From positions 131,254,001 to 131,318,000 of the forward strand of contig OX597814.1 of assembly GCA_951406725.2 (NCBI GenBank): a stretch of 64,000 nt of DNA, written 5' to 3'. Origin of the DNA: Octopus vulgaris (Eukaryota). Made by a program: the position numbers and the translations under genes. This document shows, piece by piece, positions 55,586 through 64,000 of the stretch (the stretch's first letter is position 1; every line of letters begins with the position of its first letter). Below the pieces are notes generated by a model that saw nothing but the letters and a program-made list of their open reading frames with translations, ran no database searches and was not told the DNA's origin.

Positions 55586-55783
55586 CAATGTCTGTTAGAA
55601 GGGAAATAGAAATAGAGTGACAACAACAAATGTGATGACAGCGATTGAATCCAACACCTTCTTTTTGGTTGTTCTACTTTCTTCACTGGCGACGATGGAG
55701 ATTGAGAAACAGCAGGAAGAGAAGAAAAAACGAAATGAAATCAAACGGAAAGCTAACCTAATCAGTTGCTATTCGTACATACA

Positions 55784-55815
<32 letters not shown>

Positions 55816-55891
55816 ATAATATAAATAATATATAAATATATGCATATATATACAACTGATGACGGGGAATATTCTTTATGTTGCATATTTC

Positions 55892-55963
<72 letters not shown>

Positions 55964-56609
55964 ATGTATGTATGTATATGTATGTATATATATATATATA
56001 TATATATACATATACACACACATATATATGTGTGTGTGTATACGTACGCACACACACACACACATATACATAAATATATGCATATATGTACGTATGAATG
56101 TATGTATTGTGTGTGTGTGTGTGTGTGTGTATGTGTGGGAACGTAGGTACTGCGTAAGAAACAAAAACTTTAAAATAAACATCGTGAGGCATTCAAGAAG
56201 AATTTGAAGGAGAACGGAATAACTCTCTTAAAACACAAAGCTATGAGAAATACGAGAAGCAAAACAATGTTTGTAATGTAACAACAAATAGTGAACTTAT
56301 TCACTGACGAGGTTGTTGAACCAAAACGAACGGACATGTCGTGTCAGTTACATAACGCGAAGCATTTTGCCGAAGAAAGGCCAATTGACGTACATTTCAA
56401 CAATTATGACCATCTCCAATAAGTCAATAATTCCCTACGTATTTTTCAAGTCTGTCGAATCCTTAAATTCGATATAACCAGAACTTCAAAGAAAACAACG
56501 CTGTACAATTCCTTTTTACTGTTTATGTCACCGGGAGCCCCATATCTAAGGTCTTTCGGGAAGAGGACCTTATTGTCTTGGAGTATATAAGTTTTACTAA
56601 TTTTTGGCA

Positions 56610-56806
56610 TGGTCAGCAATTTTGAAGGGAGCAGGGTAAGTCGATTATCGACCCCAGTACTTAACTAGTATTTTATTTAATCGATCTCAAAAGATGAATG
56701 GCTAAGTTCAACATCAGCAGCATTTGAACTCAGAACGTAAAGCCGAAAGAAATGCTACTGAGCATTTTGTCCGGCGTGCTGTAACTATTCTGCTAGCTTG
56801 ACGCCC
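56610..56806 (-). mobile_element. SINE family C, degenerate
   Basis: Family C blocks. Confidence 0.75.
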
Positions 56807-57405
56807 TATTTGTTTGGAGTATATAACGATCTCTGCTTTATGGGTCCATGGAATTGGCTGGTCTCGTATCTCGATATTATAAAGGTATCTTTTACTCGAA
56901 GCTAGCTTGGTCTGTTACCTCTACCATATAAATACCTCCGCTGACCCATTCGTCTCTCCACCTCTCGTCATTCGTTTTGCGTTCAACCTCAGCGGCACCA
57001 TTCTAACCATTATGCCCAATCCTTCCTCTCTTGTATACTACTCCTTTGGAATCTTCTTACTGCTCATGAAAGTGTTTTTGAGCTCCAAAAATTCAAACGG
57101 AATGTTAACGGTACCAGGCCCTTTCCAGTCTGGAAGGTTAGCAAAAGTTATGGGCATTGCTCCATTCTCCAGACTCAGCTAGTAAAAGAGAGAGAGGGAG
57201 GGAAGGAGAAAGAGAGATGGTTAAATATATCGTAGAACTTCGTATTTGAATCCTGACGTCTGTTTACCCCATTATATATAGTTTCTTCCTTCTGCGAAAT
57301 TACTAAAGCCAAAACTGACAACGGCCCTCTAATGAAAGGTGTCTTCCACAAATAACCGTCTCCTTAAATACATTTTTATTAGGATAAACATATATGGCGT
57401 TATGT

Positions 57406-57708
57406 TGTTTGTTCCTTCTCGAGCCATGCTTGGCTCACAAGGGCCGGTTTCCCAGTTTCCTTGGCGTATAAGTTCCCCACCTGGACGGGACACCGGTCCG
57501 TCGCAGGTGAGCTGCAAGATGCAGGAGGAAAGAGTGAGAGAAAGTTGTGGCGAAAGAGTCAGCACCAGTTCGCCATTACCTTCTGCCGGAGCCGCGTGGA
57601 GCTTAGGTGTTTCGCTCATAAATACACTCATCGCCTGGTCTGAGATTCGAACCTGCGATCCCTCGACCGCGCGTCCGCTGCTCTAACCACTAGGCCATGT
57701 GCCTCCAC
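57406..57708 (-). mobile_element. SINE family A, full length
   Basis: 11-bp TSD tggcgtYatgt at 57395-57405 and 57710-57720; A/B boxes. Confidence 0.92.
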
Positions 57709-57869
57709 GTGGCGTCATGTACGTGTGTATATTCTCCTCTATTTTTGATTATTAGAATTTTCTCCTGTAAGGAAGGAACTGATTTCTAGCAAAGCCACAA
57801 AACTTCATCGTTGGAATGTAGATAAAAAAACTTGCAAAAGAATAAATAAATAAATAAATAAATAGATAA

Positions 57870-58415
57870 CATAGAAACTTGCATATTTTTACGGTTCCGG
57901 TTACAGTCTGTATTTGCAATGTGTGTGATAGCGGGTTTATTTCTTTTTTAGAAAACCCGAGCTTATTCAGATTGTCACCTAGGTATTTACTACCAAAACC
58001 AAGTGCACTAATTATCATTGGTATAAATGTAGATTAATAATATGGATATAGAAGCTGAGGTTTCACAGCTGTTGTCCTCTTTCTCTATGATTTTCGAAGA
58101 GGTATTCACAGTAGCGGGGCCGCTGCCCTCTGTAACGATACATGCTTTGCTGCCCTAAACAACTATATCTCGCCTGTTACTTTTTTACTTGGTAGACGTT
58201 TTGCTGGGAATGGCCCACCAATATTCTTCGTGTTGATGTTTAAGTATATATTTAACAACACTAGGGTTCTCTATATTCATCCTAGGACAGTCATGTTCTT
58301 TTCTTCGATGGCACTTCGTATTGTTTTGTCGACATCATGATGCATTGGGAACGGGTACTTTACTGACATCTTAGGGTAACTGCTGATCACGTGTGTGATG
58401 TTTTCTACATGTATG
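57870..58415 (-). pseudogene. RLE-type (R4/Dong-like) non-LTR retrotransposon C-terminal remnant
   Basis: ENITHVISSYPKMS..MHHDV, EYWWAIP..SNRRDIVV, PMIISALG..LGFSKKE..GTVKICK; same family as 16985-17372. Confidence 0.8.
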
Positions 58416-58839
58416 TTTCTGCACGTATGTATGTATGTATGTATGTATGTATGTATGTATGTATGTATGTATGTATGTGTGTGTGTATGTATGTGTCTAT
58501 GTGTGTGCATGTGTGTGTATACATGTATGTATGTGTATATGTATATGTCTGTGTGTGTGTGTATGTATGTGTGTGCATGCATGTATGTGTGTGTATATGT
58601 ATATGTATATGTCTATGTGTGTGTGTGTGTATGTGTGTGCATGTATGTATGTGTGTGTATGTATGTGCGTATGTATGCATGTGTGTGTATGTGTGCATGT
58701 ATGTATGTATGTATGTATGTATGTGTGTGTATGTATGTATGTATGTATGTATGTATGTATGTATGTATGTGTGTATGTATGTTTGTATGTATGTATGTAT
58801 GTATGTATGTATGTATGCATGTATGTATATATATATATA

Positions 58840-58870
<31 letters not shown>

Positions 58871-59115
58871 TTGCCATTTATGTAAGTTTCTTTTTCCTTT
58901 TACAGAATTCTAGCTGGTCTCTAACAAAGTGGCAAGACTCTTTTGTTCAAGTCGAAGCAGCTCTTGGGGTTTGTGGTTATCGGAATTGGTGTGTACATAT
59001 GCGTGCGTGGGTGTTGTGTATATATATGTGTGTACGCGTGTTGTGGGTGTGCTCGTTACGTCTAGTGTGTACGTGCCTGTGCGTGTATTCCACATCTACA
59101 TGTGACTACATGTAT

Positions 59116-59147
<32 letters not shown>

Positions 59148-59207
59148 TGTATGTATGTATGTATGTATGTATGTATGTATGTATGTATGTATGTATGTAT
59201 GTATGTA

Positions 59208-59240
<33 letters not shown>

Positions 59241-59752
59241 CTGTGTGTGTGTATGTGTATGTATGTATGTATGTATGTATATATGTATATGGTATGTGTA
59301 TGTAAGTTTATATGTATGTGTGTATGTGTGTGTGGTTGTGTGTGGATGTATGTGAGAAACCTGTGTATGCGTAGTGTTTGTTGTGTGTGTGTGTGTATGT
59401 ATGTATGTATATATGTATGCATGTATGTATGTGTATGTACGTGTTTGTATGTATGCATGTATGTATCTCTGTATGTTTGTGTGTGTGTATATATATATAT
59501 GTGTGTGTATATAGATATGTGTGTGTGTATGTGTATGTGAGAAACCTGTGTACGTGTAGTGTTTGTTTGTTTGTGTGTGTGTGTGCGTATGTGTGCGTGT
59601 GTGTGTGTGTGTGTGTTTATGCCCCCGCGCGCGCGCGCGTGTGTGTGTGTATTCAAATTACGAGAAAGAGTGAGAATATGAAAATATAAAAAGAAGGCAA
59701 AGGAATGACAAAGGAGAACAGAAAATATGTTATGTGAATGAGGGGAGTAGTA

Positions 59753-59806
<54 letters not shown>

Positions 59807-59980
59807 AAGAGAGAGATAGAAAGAAAGGGCGAGAGAGAGAGAGAGAGAGAGTAAAAGATAGTGTGATGCAAACTTGTGTGTGTGTGTTTGTATGAGTGTG
59901 TGTATGTGTGTGCGTGTGCTAGCGTCGAGAGAAATGTATGAGTAAAAAATGAAATTGCGAGTACGTGCGTATGTGTGTTT

Positions 59981-60017
<37 letters not shown>

Positions 60018-60199
60018 AGAAAGAAAGAGATCATGGAATGCAAAGGAAGAATGTGTGTGTGTGAGAGAGTGTGTGTGATTGATGTCAGGAATGACTGCGT
60101 CTTTATGTGACGAAAAGCCAAGTTAAAATAAATGTGTGTAAAATTCTTTGTGTATATATGTGTACGTGTGTTCATGTGTGTGTGTGTGTGTGTGTGTGT

Positions 60200-60252
60200 G
60201 GGCATGTGAAGTGTGTGTTCTTTGGGTAGTTTATATGGGCGCGTGTGTGTAT

Positions 60253-60290
<38 letters not shown>

Positions 60291-60454
60291 ATGTGTGTTA
60301 TCAGTGTGGTGTAGTTGTGTGTGGGGGTATATGTGTGTTGGCGTTGTGATTGATGTGTTTGTACATGTGTGTGTGTGTGTGTTGTGTGTGTGTGTGTGTG
60401 TGGGCATGTGAAGTGTGTGTTCTTTGGGTAGTTTATATGGGCGCGTGTGTGTAT

Positions 60455-60492
<38 letters not shown>

Positions 60493-60570
60493 ATGTGTGT
60501 TATCAGTGTGATGTAGTTGTGTGTGGGTATATGTGTGTTGGCGTTGTGATTGTACATGTGTTTGTACATG
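60200..60570 (+). repeat. ~200-bp tandem duplication within a (TG)-rich tract
   Basis: gggcatgtgaagtgtgtgttctttgggtagtttatatgggcgcg at 60200 and 60402. Confidence 0.9.
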
Positions 60571-60665
60571 TGTGCGTATGTGTGTATGTATATGTGTAGC
60601 GACTTGATATGTGGGGGTGAGTATAGATATGTGTTGTCAGCACTATTATACGAATGTGTTTGTTT

Positions 60666-60722
<57 letters not shown>

Positions 60723-61111
60723 TGTGTGGTTGAAAATTGTGTGGTTGAAAATTGTGTCAGCCAGAGCGAGAAAAATATGAATGAAAGAGAGAGTATCGAA
60801 AAATGATTGAAAAACGTAGGTGAACAAACGGGTATGTGTGTGTGTGTGTGTGTGTGTGCATTTGCATGTGATGTGTCAGTGTTTATACGGCTGTGTAGGT
60901 AGGTGTGTGTAAATGTATGTGTGATAAAATTATGTCGGGTAAGAGCGAGAGAAAATGAATGAAACGCAAATAAATAATACAGAACAAAAAAAAAAAGATA
61001 GGTAGATGGGTAGATAAGTGGGTGGATGGATGGGGGAGAGCGAAAGAGAGAGATAGAATGATAGGTAAATGTTGGAATAGAGTGTGAAGAGAAATATCAC
61101 AAAGTTAGGCG

Positions 61112-61187
<76 letters not shown>

Positions 61188-61217
61188 ATCATGTGCGGTG
61201 AGTTGTTTATATATATA

Positions 61218-62028
<811 letters not shown>

Positions 62029-62101
62029 ATCATTTATCTATCTGTCTGTCTGTCTACCTGTCTGTCTATCTATCTATCTGTCTATCTGTCTATATATTTG
62101 T

Positions 62102-62145
<44 letters not shown>

Positions 62146-62218
62146 ATGTCTGTCTGTCTGTGTTTCTTTCTACATCTACATCTACATCTATGTGTGTGTG
62201 TATGTAAACACACACCAC

Positions 62219-62261
<43 letters not shown>

Positions 62262-62325
62262 CATTCATATACACACACATACATGCAAACACACGCACAC
62301 CATTCACACACACATATATATGCAT

Positions 62326-62390
<65 letters not shown>

Positions 62391-62489
62391 CACACATACA
62401 CACACACACACATACACACATATGCTCCTGGGTAAGAGTATTTAAACTTGCACCTCTCTGCGAAGCCATGTCGAGCCAGTGTGGTAGAG

Positions 62490-62700
62490 GGTAGAGTAGG
62501 CTCATCAAAGCAGTATGATCTGAAGCTCAAATTCACAGCCTCCACATCAGACTGTAGTTGGTGGAGAGAACTTCTCTTTATTCTTGCACTCCATGACAGA
62601 AGAGTTTATGACCGGCTCACCATGGCAACTCTTATATACAGCGATGATATAGTTATCATAATTGAAACTATCGAGAATTTTTATCGGAAAACTTACAGTA
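62490..62700 (+). pseudogene. RTE-type reverse transcriptase remnant
   Basis: LLFILAL, TEEFMTGSPWQLLY, then a frameshifted YSDDIVII (YADD motif). Confidence 0.65.
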
Positions 62701-62707
62701 CTTAGTG

Positions 62708-62939
62708 CAGTGGTTCTCGACAGAGTCCATAATGGCTCCTGAAGGTCCGTATAAGATTTTCGGGGGTCCACTCAGTAAAGTAATAAACTGGGGACCCACA
62801 ATAAGTACTCTAAGGGCTCCTGGAAAAGATTTGCTCCAGATGTGTATGTATTGGTATATATTGCGAGAAACGGCTAGTTTCTTTATCTGACGTTTTGCAT
62901 AATTCATCATACACAAGTTAACCGGGTAAAAACAAAATA
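62708..62939 (+). mobile_element. hAT-Charlie-like MITE fragment
   Basis: cagtggttctc terminus and repeated ggtcc motifs. Confidence 0.5.
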
Positions 62940-63375
62940 GGGATATTTTCGGTTTGACCGGCAGTTTTTTTAAAGTAATTTCCACGTAACTAAACACTTT
63001 TAAACTTCGTATACTGGTAGAATGTGTTTATAAAACATCTTTTTTCTCTTGGCTTTATTGAGAAAATTCTATAGTTTGTAAGATATTTGTTGTTTTTTTT
63101 CTTCAATTTCTGCAATTTCAACCAATCAATGACCGTCTATTGAGGTGAAAACATTCTGTGTCGTATGAATATGTCCCTCGTCTAAGAAACAGATTGGGTT
63201 TATTTACATTTTTGGAGAAAAAAGATACCCTTCCCCCCACCCTAACCCTAACCCTAACTAACCCCAACCCTAAAACAGATTGAAATGCAATAGATCGATA
63301 CTAGGGTCATAATTATGGGTGACAATTTCATATGACACTGCGAGAAAAAACTGCTGTTCAAACCGAAAAGATCCC
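62940..63375. mobile_element. MITE with ~30-bp TIRs, 6-bp TSD and internal (CCCTAA)n
   Basis: gggatattttcggtttgaccggcagttttt / aaaaactgctgttcaaaccgaaaagatccc; TSD aaaata at 62934-62939 and 63376-63381. Confidence 0.88.
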
Positions 63376-63748
63376 AAAATAGGAATTTTGAAAGAAGATT
63401 CTATAAAGCTAGTTTTTTGGACATGCAGTGAACCGAACATAGGCAATCCAGTAGACATTACCTTCGAAACGCGGATGAGACGAAACAGGGACAACTGAAG
63501 AAGGGGAATATTCCTTGTGTTGTATGTCTTGTACTCTGTTTTTTCGTTGTTTTTTCGTTGTTTGAAAAAAAGTTCGTTTCCATGTTTTTGTTTTTATGTT
63601 TTCGTTTCTCATTGTCTTGAATGTTTTTTTTATGTCCTGTACCCATATATGCATGTATATATACATTTAGATGTAGGTATGTACATATATGTATGTATAT
63701 ATGCATATATTTATATATTATTTATATTATTATATACAGACGAGTGTA

Positions 63749-63788
<40 letters not shown>

Positions 63789-64000
63789 TGTGTGTGTCTA
63801 TTTATGGCGAGAGGGGGAAGGAGTGAAGGAGGGAAAGAGAGATACGCTCACACATGGATGTTTGCGTGAATGTCCTCATTGAATGAATAGAATGCATATT
63901 GAAAAGAAGGAAGTGGAAATAGGATAGGGCCCAGCCACTGAAGGTGGGTAAGCTGCATGCTCGATAGGGCCAGTAAGAACATTAGCAGTCCGTCGGTTGC

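Noticed and set aside
56300-56350. CTGACGA-GGTT-gttg-AACC-AAAA hammerhead-like motif
   Set aside because: G12 missing and stem I not convincing; single copy.
63240-63273. (CCCTAA)n as an interstitial telomere or fusion scar
   Set aside because: Only ~5 imperfect units, lying inside a TIR- and TSD-bounded MITE.

Overview
Eukaryotic, AT-rich, repeat-saturated non-coding DNA. The dense (TA)n/(CA)n/(TACA)n/(GATA)n microsatellites and the tRNA-derived SINE repertoire point to a coleoid cephalopod, probably Octopus (inference). I found no intact host coding exon; nearly all ORFs in the track are microsatellite translation artefacts. Real content: about 30 SINE copies from at least 4 modular families; decayed coding remnants of Penelope-like (GIY-YIG), CR1, RTE, RLE-type (R4/Dong-like), Tx1-like, Helitron and mariner elements; several MITEs (one family with 6-bp TSDs); and a probable solo LTR. 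The most notable layer is more than a dozen minimal type-I hammerhead-ribozyme motifs (one fully canonical, many sharing a CUGUNGA core variant) in short (TA)n-flanked Penelope-type units. There are also about 10 fold-back inverted duplications with arms from 35 to about 710 bp, most anchored on (TA)n tracts. Coordinates were read by eye and family names come from motif recognition, not database searches.
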